A DNA stretch of 32,000 nucleotides from Cereibacter sphaeroides 2.4.1 (GTDB lineage Bacteria; Pseudomonadota; Alphaproteobacteria; Rhodobacterales; Rhodobacteraceae), in contig NC_007493.2 in assembly GCF_000012905.2 (NCBI RefSeq), positions 1,830,001 to 1,862,000 of the forward strand, written 5' to 3'. Below, in pieces: positions 1-8,029 of this stretch. Each line of letters begins with the position of its first letter. The stretch's first letter is position 1. The notes beneath the pieces are model-generated. The model saw only the letters and a list, made by a program, of their open reading frames with translations, had not been told where the DNA came from and searched no databases. The translations under genes and the position numbers were made by a program.

Positions 1-192
1 CGCGGCCATGCCCCAGCGCAAGAGATCGACTTCCGCTTCCGCGCGCGGGACCTTGGCGCAGAAGACGGCGGCCGCTCCGTAGCAGAGCACGAAATGCACA
101 GCCCAGATCGTGGGGGCGAAGGTGATCTTCCAGAGGCTCGCGCGCTCCTCGGAGAATTCCTGCTCCTGCGAGATCTTCCGCTCGTCGCTCAT
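1..192 (-). CDS. 5' part of a small membrane-protein gene just downstream of the oxidase subunit I/III gene (runs off the window edge)
   Basis: ATG at 192-190 on the minus strand, 10 nt after the subunit I/III stop and preceded by a G-rich SD-like run. My translation is MSDERKISQEQEFSEERASLWKITFAPTIWAVHFVLCYGAAAVFC..., with a hydrophobic helix and GC-rich third positions. No family recognised. Confidence 0.35.
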   Translation of the reverse strand, partial: MSDERKISQEQEFSEERASLWKITFAPTIWAVHFVLCYGAAAVFCAKVPRAEAEVDLLRWGMAA

Positions 193-202
193 GCCGCCCC
201 CC

Positions 203-2776
203 TCAGCCCAGCACCCGCGGCGCACCCGCGATCATCGCCACCGTCACCAGCACGGTCAGCCCCAGGAAGTGCCAGAACAGGGCCGAGTTCCACAAAGGCG
301 CGTCGTAGCGTGGCGTGATCCGCCCGAAGATCAGGCCCGCCAGCCCGTAGAGCTGGAAGATCAGGCCCGCGATCAGGTGGGCGACGGTCCAGACCACGAG
401 GACCCACATGCTGGCCGGATAGACATGCTCCGTGGGCTCGAGGCCCGCCACATGGGGCGAGGCGATCAGCGCGGCCCCGGTCGCGAGCGTCAGGAGCGGC
501 GCTGCGGAGAGGCACAGCCGGGCAAGGCCCGTGCGGTGCCGGCGGTTCGCCTCGCGCGCGGCGAGCGTCAGCGCCCAGGAGGCCGCGCCCAGCGCCAGCG
601 CCGCGAGGGCCAGCGGTCCGTCCGCGTGCGCAGCGCCCGCGGGGGGATAGTCGGTGCCCGCCGTCCAGTAGAAGAAGACCCCGAACACCAGGCTCGCGAA
701 GGCCGTGCTGTCACCCAGCATCGTGATCCAGACGGCCCACCAGCCGACCGCCCCGGAGCCCGAGACATAGATCGGCAACCGGAGCCCAAGCCCCACGTCG
801 GCCATCTCCTTCTCGGGGATCTCGGCCGATCCGGTCCAGAGCCACCAGACCACCATGGCCACGGCCAGAACCGCGCTGACGATGGCAGGCCCGTACCAGG
901 CGAAGGTCGGGAAGATGAAGGCGCCGCCCGTGAAGACTGCCGCCCAGATCGTCTTCCAGGTCGGCCCCCCGATCCGCAGAAGCTGGAGCGGGCGGCCGTC
1001 GATCACCGAGGTCACCAGCGTCTCGCGCCGCCCCGCCTCGGCATCGGGCAGGTAGAAGCGGCCGGCATCCATCCGGTCCACGAGCTCCCGCTGCTGCCAG
1101 AGCGGATAGCGCGTGTCGATGTAGGGGATCGAGCGGACGCCCCAGGATTCGTCCTCGAGATCGTGGGTCCATTCGAGCGTGCCGGCTCCCCACGGGTTGC
1201 GCTCGGAGAGCTTCGCCCGCTTCGGGCGCAGGAGATCCCAGACGAAGACCGCGAAGCCGGCCGCCATCACGAAGGCGCCGACGGTCGAGACGAGGTTCAG
1301 CCAGTCCCAGCCGACATGGCCGGGATAGGTGAAGACGCGCCGGGGCATCCCCTTCAGCCCGGTCAGGTGCATGGGCAGGAAGGTCACGTTGAAGCCGGTG
1401 AAGAGCAGCCAGAAGGACCAGCGCCCCAGCCGCTCCGACAGGGTCTTCTTGGCGATGACGGGGTAGAAGTAATAGACGCCCGCGATGACCGGAAAGACCA
1501 TGCCGCCGAACAGCGTGTAATGGAGGTGGGCCACGATGAAATAGGTGTCGTGGACCTGCCAGTCGAAGGGCGCGATGGCCACCATGACGCCGGTGAGCCC
1601 GCCTGCGGTGAAGACCGCGAGACCGCCCGCGATCCAGAGCATCGGCAGGATCATCTTCACGCGGCCCACCATGAGGGTGGCCACGAAGGCGAAAAGCTGG
1701 ATGCCCGTGGGGATGACGACCGCCTCGGAGGCCGCCGAGAAGAAGCCGAGCGACAGGGCCGGCAGCCCGGTGGTGAACATGTGGTGCACCCAGAGGCCGA
1801 AGCTGATGAAGCCCGTCCCCACCGCCGAGAGCACGATCCAGGAGTAGCCCACGATCGGGGTGCGCGCCGCCGTGGGTACGATCATCGCGGCAAGGGCGAT
1901 CGAGGGCAGGAAGATGATGTAGACCTCGGGATGGCCGAAGATCCAGAACAGGTGCTGCCAGAGCAGCGGATCCCCGCCCCTTTCGGGATCGAAGAAGGGC
2001 CAGTCGAACCCGCGCTCCATCTCGAACAGGAGATCGCCCGCGATCAGCGGCGGGAAGGCAAAGAGGATCATGCCGCCCACGACCAGCACATACCAAGCGT
2101 AGAGCGGCATCAGATTGACGCGCATCCCCGGCGGGCGGCACTTCAACACGCCCACGATCAGCTCGACTGCGGCGGCGATCGAGGCCACCTCGATGAAGGA
2201 CAGGCCCAGAAGCCAGATGTCCGAGCCCAGCCCCTCGTCCTGCGTGGCGAGCGGCGGATACATGAACCAGCCCGAGCGAGGCGCCGCATCGAACAGGATC
2301 GAGCCCAGCACGAAGACGCCCCCGATCAGGAAGCACCAGTAGCCATAGGCCGACAGGCGCGGGAACGGCAGGTCCCGCGCGCCCAGAAGCGAGGGCAGCA
2401 GGATGATCGAGATCGCCTCGAACATCGGAACGGCGAAGAGGAACATCATCGCCGAGCCGTGCATCGTGAAGAACTGGTTGAACCGGTCGGCCGAGAGGAA
2501 GTCGTTGTGGGGCACGGCGAGCTGCACCCGCATCAGCAGCGCCAGCACGCCCGCGCAGAGCATGAAGGCGAGCGCCGTCAGGGCATACCAGACGCCCACC
2601 TCGGTGTTGTTCACCGCCGACCAGTAGCGCCAGCCTTTGGGTGTCGCCCAGACCCGGCGCAGCCGGTCGGCCTGCGCCTCGGCGACCTCGGTCGGCACCG
2701 GCTCGGCGAGCATGGCCTCGGTCGGCGGAAAGGGACCTTCGGGAACCGGCGCGTCGGTGTCGCGGACTTTTCTCAT
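203..2776 (-). CDS. haem-copper (cytochrome c) oxidase subunit I fused to a subunit III-like C-terminal domain (857 aa)
   Basis: In-frame ATG at 2776 (MRKVRDTD...) overlaps the stop of the upstream subunit II gene as ATGA. Subunit I motifs are present: WIFGHPEVYIIFLP, WVHHMFTTG, VAHLHYTLFGG. A roughly 300 aa multi-TM extension ends in a subunit III-like LFWHFLG motif. The upstream part of the 1196 aa track ORF overlaps subunit II out of frame and is not used. Confidence 0.9.
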   Translation of the reverse strand: MRKVRDTDAPVPEGPFPPTEAMLAEPVPTEVAEAQADRLRRVWATPKGWRYWSAVNNTEVGVWYALTALAFMLCAGVLALLMRVQLAVPHNDFLSADRFNQFFTMHGSAMMFLFAVPMFEAISIILLPSLLGARDLPFPRLSAYGYWCFLIGGVFVLGSILFDAAPRSGWFMYPPLATQDEGLGSDIWLLGLSFIEVASIAAAVELIVGVLKCRPPGMRVNLMPLYAWYVLVVGGMILFAFPPLIAGDLLFEMERGFDWPFFDPERGGDPLLWQHLFWIFGHPEVYIIFLPSIALAAMIVPTAARTPIVGYSWIVLSAVGTGFISFGLWVHHMFTTGLPALSLGFFSAASEAVVIPTGIQLFAFVATLMVGRVKMILPMLWIAGGLAVFTAGGLTGVMVAIAPFDWQVHDTYFIVAHLHYTLFGGMVFPVIAGVYYFYPVIAKKTLSERLGRWSFWLLFTGFNVTFLPMHLTGLKGMPRRVFTYPGHVGWDWLNLVSTVGAFVMAAGFAVFVWDLLRPKRAKLSERNPWGAGTLEWTHDLEDESWGVRSIPYIDTRYPLWQQRELVDRMDAGRFYLPDAEAGRRETLVTSVIDGRPLQLLRIGGPTWKTIWAAVFTGGAFIFPTFAWYGPAIVSAVLAVAMVVWWLWTGSAEIPEKEMADVGLGLRLPIYVSGSGAVGWWAVWITMLGDSTAFASLVFGVFFYWTAGTDYPPAGAAHADGPLALAALALGAASWALTLAAREANRRHRTGLARLCLSAAPLLTLATGAALIASPHVAGLEPTEHVYPASMWVLVVWTVAHLIAGLIFQLYGLAGLIFGRITPRYDAPLWNSALFWHFLGLTVLVTVAMIAGAPRVLG

Positions 2777-3747
2777 TCGAGCGCCTCCAGCCAGGCCGCC
2801 AGGGCCTCGAGTTCCGCCTTCGACAGATGGCCATAGGCGGGCATCCGCACGCCGGGCTTGAAGGCCTCCGCATGCGCGATCCAGGAGACCAGCGCCCCCC
2901 GCTCCATCGGCAGGATCCCTGCGGCGAGCGTCGTGCGGCTGCCGATGTGGGTGAGATCGGGGCCGACGACGCCCGCGGCCGGCGTGCCGCGGACTGCGTG
3001 GCAGGCGCCGCAGCCTTCCCGGAAGAAGATCGCTTGTCCCTCGCCCTCGGGGGCCCGTGCAGGGGCGGCCTCGGCCTCGAGCCAGCGGGCGAATTCGGCC
3101 TCCTCCAGCACGACGGCATTCATGGCCATCAGCGCGTGCGAGGCGCCGCAGAATTCGGCGCACTGGCCACGGTAGATGCCGGGCGTCACCGGCTCGAGCG
3201 ACATCCGGGTGGTCCGCCCGGGGATCATGTCGGTCTTGCCGCCGAGGCCCGGCACCCAGAAGGAATGGATCACGCGCCCGGCCAGCAGCTCGATCTCGGT
3301 GCGGCGGCCGGCGGGCATGCGCAGCTCGTTGGCCGAGACCACGGGCTCTTCGGAGCCCGGAGGGTAGTAGTCCACCCGCCACCAGAATTCCTCGCCAGTG
3401 ATGCGCACCCGCAGCCCGTCGCCGGGCGCGCGCTGGTCCGGCATGATCGACAGGCCCCACGACAGAAGGGACGTCAGCACTACGAGCGGCAGCACGATGC
3501 CGCCGCCGATGATGACCGCCTCGGCCAGCTTGCGCGACATGCGGCCGGGCCTGCGGCGGGTGACGTAGAGAAAGAGGCCGTTCAGAGACAGCCAGAGCAG
3601 GACGGCCCCCACCAGCATCACGGTGAAGAGGCGATTGATCTGCAGGGCATCCGCGCCGCCGGCCGAAAAGACCGACTGAGGTCCGCCGCATCCGGCCGAT
3701 ATCGTCAGGATGAGAAGGCCGAGGCCTGCCCGGTATCGCGCTCGCAT
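2773..3747 (-). CDS. cytochrome c oxidase subunit II with a C-terminal c-type cytochrome domain (caa3-type), probable lipoprotein
   Basis: CuA motif QCAEFCGASHALM, haem c motif CGACHAV near the C-terminus, and an N-terminal lipobox-like LTISAGC. Translationally coupled to subunit I. Confidence 0.9.
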   Translation of the reverse strand: MRARYRAGLGLLILTISAGCGGPQSVFSAGGADALQINRLFTVMLVGAVLLWLSLNGLFLYVTRRRPGRMSRKLAEAVIIGGGIVLPLVVLTSLLSWGLSIMPDQRAPGDGLRVRITGEEFWWRVDYYPPGSEEPVVSANELRMPAGRRTEIELLAGRVIHSFWVPGLGGKTDMIPGRTTRMSLEPVTPGIYRGQCAEFCGASHALMAMNAVVLEEAEFARWLEAEAAPARAPEGEGQAIFFREGCGACHAVRGTPAAGVVGPDLTHIGSRTTLAAGILPMERGALVSWIAHAEAFKPGVRMPAYGHLSKAELEALAAWLEALE

Positions 3748-4081
3748 TCCGCCCCTCGGTTTCCCCGGTGCCGCACCTCATGCGGGATCGCACGGCTCCA
3801 TCACGGGAACGTGTGGTGCCGTGACTTCGTTCCGAGGTCCCGCAGGGACTTTTTCAGCGAGGAGAGGTCCGGGGTCGCGGCCGCACGTCCAGGCCCTGAA
3901 AACTCTCGGACGGGCGGACGATGCACCCTTCCCCGCCAACTCGGAAGATCCGCCTCCGGCTCGGGACCGGACGCATCCCGCGATGGACGGCCACGTCGGC
4001 TTCGCCCATCCGGCGCCTGTCGAGGTGGGACCACAGAGCTTTGGAGGGAGGACCGCCGACGCAGACCCGGCTGGCGCGCCG

Positions 4082-4852
4082 TCAGCGAGCGACGGTCGGA
4101 AGCGGGCGGCCCTCGGCCCCCTCTGTTTCCGGCGAGGCCTCGATCATCCGACGGCGCCGCAGCCAGCGCGCAACGAGAAGGCAGCCGAGCGCCCAGGCAG
4201 AACCGGCGGTCCAGCCAGCCAGCACATCAGTCGGCCAGTGGACGCCCAGATAGACCCGGCTCGTGCCGACGGCCACCGTGACCAGTACGGCGAGGGTCAA
4301 GATATAGACCTTGACCCACAGGCGCGGTTGCGTGCGGGCCACGAGCGCCGCCAGCGTCAGGTAGGTGACGGCCGCCATCATCGCATGGCCCGACGGAAAG
4401 CTCGCCGTGTAAGTGATCGTCTCGTGCGGGACGAGGTCCGGCCTCGGCCTGTCGAAGAAGCGCTTGGCGGTGAAGCTCAGCGCCTGACCGCTGCCGGTGG
4501 CGATCAGGACGAACCACATGGTCCGCCAGCGGCCGGTGAGCCCGAGAAAGACCGCCACGGCCAGAGTGATGAAGGCGAGGATCCCCACGCCGCCCAGAGC
4601 GGTCACGTCGCGGGCGAGCTCCTCGAACCATGCGGGCCCCAGCGGATCGGAGGGATCGGCGGGGTTGCGCATGAGCAGGAGCAGCCACTCGTCGAAAGCA
4701 TGCGAGTCGCCCTCGACGATCTCATCGGCCAGCTGGGCGAAGGCCCAGCCAAGCGCCGAGATCGCGAGGAGGAACGCCACCGTCCAGCGCTCGCCCCATG
4801 TGCCGAGACGCAAGGCAAGTTTCGATAGGGAACGGAAGGAAGGTCGTGTCAT
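4082..4852 (-). CDS. PAP2-family (phosphatidic acid phosphatase type 2) membrane phosphatase
   Basis: All three PAP2 signature motifs are present: KRFFDRPRP, PSGH, SRVYLGVHWPTD. Multiple TM helices. Confidence 0.85.
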   Translation of the reverse strand: MTRPSFRSLSKLALRLGTWGERWTVAFLLAISALGWAFAQLADEIVEGDSHAFDEWLLLLMRNPADPSDPLGPAWFEELARDVTALGGVGILAFITLAVAVFLGLTGRWRTMWFVLIATGSGQALSFTAKRFFDRPRPDLVPHETITYTASFPSGHAMMAAVTYLTLAALVARTQPRLWVKVYILTLAVLVTVAVGTSRVYLGVHWPTDVLAGWTAGSAWALGCLLVARWLRRRRMIEASPETEGAEGRPLPTVAR

Positions 4853-5104
4853 GCCGCCTCGGGACTGCTGCGCATAGCGCTCGGGACAGCGCAGGGGCTG
4901 GATGATAGGGGCTGCGGCAGGGAGAGCAAGGCCGCGGCAAATCCCATTCCCGCGAGCGTCAGGGGGCAGGAAAGAGCCCGGCCCTCCCGAGACGGCGAGT
5001 GTCAGGATGCGGGCCAGCGCCCCGCCCCATCGCTTGGCGGTGCCCGAGAATCGGCACGAGATCAGACCCGCAGCCCGAAGCGCCGCATCCGGCCGCCCGA
5101 CGAA

Positions 5105-5587
5105 TCAGTGACGCAGCGTCGCGCCCAGGTTGCGAAGCTCGGCGAGCTGCGCTTCGGAGCTTTTGGCGATCCCGTCGGTCAGATCGTGAAGCCGCTGCAC
5201 ATGCTCGAGCGCGAACTGCGCTTCGGCATCGTCGAGCTCGCGGTCGTTGCGGCAGAAGAAGCCGAGCGTCCGCGCCGACGCTTCGCCGACCGAGACCACC
5301 AGCCCGTACCGCAGGCCATATTCCGCAGCCTTTTCCATGACTCCCTGCTCGTCCATGTCGCGAAGCTCGCTCCAGCGGCAGATCCCCGGATGTTCGAGAC
5401 CCCACCGCACCGTCGGATCGACGAAGATCATCGCCTTCTCCGCATAGAGGTTCACCCACTCCTGAGGGTAGGTCTGGTAGAGCAGAGTCGGATTGGCAAA
5501 GCGGATCCGGACCCCGATGGCGAAGTGCCAGTCGGAATGGGCGGCCACGGCGGAAAGTAGATCACGTACGCTCGGAACGTTCACCAT
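5105..5587 (-). CDS. autoinducer-binding-domain protein lacking the LuxR HTH DNA-binding domain (160 aa)
   Basis: LuxR-type ligand-domain pattern YPQEWVNLY...VDPTVRWG...CRWSEL...RTLGFF (Trp, Tyr, Asp-Pro, Trp, Gly positions). Clearly paralogous to the N-terminal domain of the divergent gene at 5674-6294. The ORF stops after SSEAQLAELRNLGATLRH, roughly the first helix of where the HTH domain would begin. Confidence 0.8.
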   Translation of the reverse strand: MVNVPSVRDLLSAVAAHSDWHFAIGVRIRFANPTLLYQTYPQEWVNLYAEKAMIFVDPTVRWGLEHPGICRWSELRDMDEQGVMEKAAEYGLRYGLVVSVGEASARTLGFFCRNDRELDDAEAQFALEHVQRLHDLTDGIAKSSEAQLAELRNLGATLRH

Positions 5588-5673
5588 GCTTTGTATCGGC
5601 CCGCAGGTTGTGTATCAGAAAGAGGCACGGCATCATGCCCCGCGACTGCTACTTTATGGTCTGTCGGATTACA

Positions 5674-6294
5674 ATGGAACAGCACAAGCTTATGCATCTG
5701 TCAGACATGAAGGAAGCATTCCTGCAGATCGCACAAGCGGGATTCTATGTGGCCCTCCGGCTCGGATTCTACTCCCCCGAAGACGAGTTGAACACCTTCC
5801 CGGAGCAGTTCGTCGAACTTTACACGGCTCGTGGCCTCGCCCTTCAGGACCCGCTGATGCGCTGGACCTTCACCAACCATGGCGCGCTGCGCTGGAGCGC
5901 AGTCGACCAGCCCGACCCGCTGGGGGTGATCGCACGCTACCGGCAGTATGGGATGCGCTACGGGGCCACGATATGTCTTGCGGGGCGCGGACCCGTGCCG
6001 AAGAAGAGCTTCGGCATCTTCGCCCGCGCCGACCGGGAGTTCAGCGACGCCGAGATCGTCGACCTGCGCGAGCTGCTGACCACGCTCCATGTCAACGAGC
6101 CGCAGTCGCTCACCGAAAGCCAGGTCGAAGTGCTGCGGATGCTGTCGACAGGCATGCGGTACAAGCAGATGGCCTATGCGCTGGGGATCTCGGAGAGCGC
6201 CGTCAAGGCCCGCCTGAAGGGCGCGGCCCAGCGGATGAACGCCAAGACCGCGGCCCAGGCCGCCTCGGTCGCCGCGAGTCGCGGCATCCTATAG
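5674..6294 (+). CDS. LuxR-family transcriptional regulator (autoinducer-binding domain plus HTH), second receptor paralog
   Basis: Ligand domain FPEQFVELY...QDPLMRW...LRWSAV and C-terminal LuxR HTH LTESQVEVLRMLSTGMRYKQMAYALGISESAVKARL. Start is uncertain (ATG at 5674, 5692 or 5707). The 5608 start in the track lies in the AT-richer divergent promoter region and is unlikely. Confidence 0.8.
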   Translation: MEQHKLMHLSDMKEAFLQIAQAGFYVALRLGFYSPEDELNTFPEQFVELYTARGLALQDPLMRWTFTNHGALRWSAVDQPDPLGVIARYRQYGMRYGATICLAGRGPVPKKSFGIFARADREFSDAEIVDLRELLTTLHVNEPQSLTESQVEVLRMLSTGMRYKQMAYALGISESAVKARLKGAAQRMNAKTAAQAASVAASRGIL

Positions 6295-6404
6295 CGCGGC
6301 AGCAATCCGCAGGTGTAGTGACGCAACGTCAGGCACGGCTCCCAAAGGTGTTTGGAACGTGCTAAATAAGCAGGACGGCTGCGCGGTGGCCGGGGGGAGC
6401 CGGC

Positions 6405-7106
6405 ATGGACATCATCGACCTCAGCACAGTTGCCACGGACGATGCGAGCTTCCTCGACTACATCGACCAGCTCTGCCAGAAGCTGGGCTTCGACTATGCC
6501 TCCTATGCGACAACGAGTCCGATGACGGGCGCGGTCCAGGGCTATGCCAACTATCCCGACAGCTGGAAGATGCACTACATGCGGCGCAACCTGCACCGCG
6601 TGGATCCCACCATCCACAAGTCGGCGCTGAGCATCGCCCCCGTGGACTGGAGCCGCTTCGAGCGCGACGAGCGTTTCCGGGCCGTGTTCTTTGCGGCCGA
6701 GGATTTCGGCATCACCCCTCAGGGGCTGACGGTGCCCGTCCGCGGCCCCTACGGCGACCGGGGCCTTCTGTCGGTGACGCGCAACTGCGCCCGCCCGGAA
6801 TGGGAGAAGCACAAGCGCGCCGTGATCGGCGAGCTGCAGGTTGCGGCCGTCCACCTGCACGATGCGGTCATGCGGTCGGACGTGATCTCACGCGCCCTGC
6901 GCCAGCCGAGGCTCTCCACGCGCGAGATCGAGGTCCTGCAATGGGCGGCGGCGGGCAAGTCGCAGACGGACATCGGCGACATCCTCGGCATCTCGCACCG
7001 CACGGTCGAGGTGCACCTGCGCTCGGCGCGCGAGAAGCTCGGCACCCTCTCGACGGTGCAGGCCGTGGGCCGTGCGATCGGGCTGGGTCTGGTCTATCCG
7101 AGGTGA
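6405..7106 (+). CDS. cerR: LuxR-family acyl-homoserine-lactone-responsive regulator
   Basis: Complete ligand-domain signature (YPDSWKMHY, VDPT, VDWSRF) and HTH LSTREIEVLQWAAAGKSQTDIGDILGISHRTVEVHL. GGGAG SD upstream. Lies immediately upstream of a LuxI-type synthase. The symbol comes from my recollection of the R. sphaeroides cer locus. Confidence 0.9.
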   Translation: MDIIDLSTVATDDASFLDYIDQLCQKLGFDYASYATTSPMTGAVQGYANYPDSWKMHYMRRNLHRVDPTIHKSALSIAPVDWSRFERDERFRAVFFAAEDFGITPQGLTVPVRGPYGDRGLLSVTRNCARPEWEKHKRAVIGELQVAAVHLHDAVMRSDVISRALRQPRLSTREIEVLQWAAAGKSQTDIGDILGISHRTVEVHLRSAREKLGTLSTVQAVGRAIGLGLVYPR

Positions 7107-7174
7107 GAGTGCTCCGCCGGAAGGCGTATGAGGCACTTTGAGCCCTATCCCTGCCCCAGAGGACCGAAATTCAA

Positions 7175-7267
7175 CCGGAAATTGCCAAAGGAAGCCTTCC
7201 GGCTACGGGATTCCCCTCATAGCCGAAACGGGTCGGGATGCGCAACTATAGCCGTATGTTACGCAAC
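7175..7267. promoter_or_regulatory. cerI upstream region with several dyad and direct-repeat elements (candidate lux-box-type operator)
   Basis: CCGGAA-N16-TTCCGG (7175-7202) encloses the perfect 11-bp palindrome GGAAGCCTTCC (7190-7200). An imperfect 24-bp dyad GGCTACGGGATTCCCCTCATAGCC lies at 7201-7224 (7 of 12 arm positions pair). CGCAAC occurs as a direct repeat at 7241 and 7262. None matches the canonical lux box closely. Confidence 0.2.
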
Positions 7268-7282
7268 CTTGGGGATTGAAGA

Positions 7283-7915
7283 ATGATCTTCATTATCGAC
7301 TCGCTCAACCTCCGCGAGCACGCAGACATCGTGAAGGACATGTTCCGGTTGCGCAAGCGCGTTTTTGCGGACCGTCTCGGCTGGGACGTTCAGATTTCGC
7401 AGGGCATGGAGCGCGACCGCTTCGACGACCTGGATCCGGCTCACGTCGTGAGCGTGGATGACGAGGGCCGCGTGGTCGGCTGCATGCGCCTGCTTCAGAC
7501 GACGGGCCCGCACATGCTCTCCGACGTGTTCAGCTCGATCCTGGACGGAGAGCCTCCGCTGCGCAGCGCAACTCTCTGGGAAGCCACGCGCTTCTGTGTC
7601 GACACCGACCGCCTGGTTTCGGGCCGCGCCCGCAATTCGATCGCCTATGTCACGAGCGAAGTGATGATCGGCGCCTTCGAATTCGCCATGTCGGCGGGTG
7701 TGACCGATGCGGTCGCCGTGATCGATCCGGTGATGGACCGCGTGCTGAAGCGGTCGGGCAATGCGCCGCAGGGCTATGTCGGCACGCCGAAGCCGATGGG
7801 CAAGGTGACGGCTCTGGCCGCGCTGATGGACTGCTCGGAAGAGCGTGTGAAGCGCATCCGCGATTTCGCCGGCATCTACCACGACGTGACGCAACCGCAG
7901 ACGGTCATCGCCTGA
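7283..7915 (+). CDS. cerI: acyl-homoserine-lactone synthase (LuxI family)
   Basis: LuxI-family pattern FRLRKRVFADRLGWDV...ERDRFDDLDP...GCMRLLQTTGPHML...WEATRFCVD. GGGGA SD 8 nt upstream. Confidence 0.93.
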   Translation: MIFIIDSLNLREHADIVKDMFRLRKRVFADRLGWDVQISQGMERDRFDDLDPAHVVSVDDEGRVVGCMRLLQTTGPHMLSDVFSSILDGEPPLRSATLWEATRFCVDTDRLVSGRARNSIAYVTSEVMIGAFEFAMSAGVTDAVAVIDPVMDRVLKRSGNAPQGYVGTPKPMGKVTALAALMDCSEERVKRIRDFAGIYHDVTQPQTVIA

Positions 7916-8029
7916 ACGGCGGCAGACATCCGCCGCAACCCGGATCTTCCCGGTTGCGGACCAGGTCTGACGCAGGCACTTCGGACTGGCGGCCGCACAT
8001 GGCCGCCCGCCGCCCCACGGAGGATCAGC

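Noticed and set aside
110-2836. 908-aa plus-strand ORF, with the 802-aa minus-strand ORF at 711-3119, overlapping the oxidase genes
   Set aside because: The products are Arg/Gly/Pro/Asp-rich and low in complexity with no motifs. They lie antisense to, or out of frame with, an unmistakable haem-copper oxidase. This is the typical stop-codon-poor artefact of high-GC DNA.
3637-3653. TTGATCTGCAGGGCATC as an FNR/FnrL box for the oxidase operon
   Set aside because: Only one half-site matches TTGAT-N4-ATCAA, and it lies inside the subunit II coding sequence.
4853-5104. Search for the missing HTH domain of the truncated LuxR-type gene downstream of its stop
   Set aside because: Translations of all three minus-strand frames show nothing like the GerE/LuxR helix-turn-helix (..G.s..eIA..L.iS..TV..H..), so I do not call the gene a fresh frameshift pseudogene.
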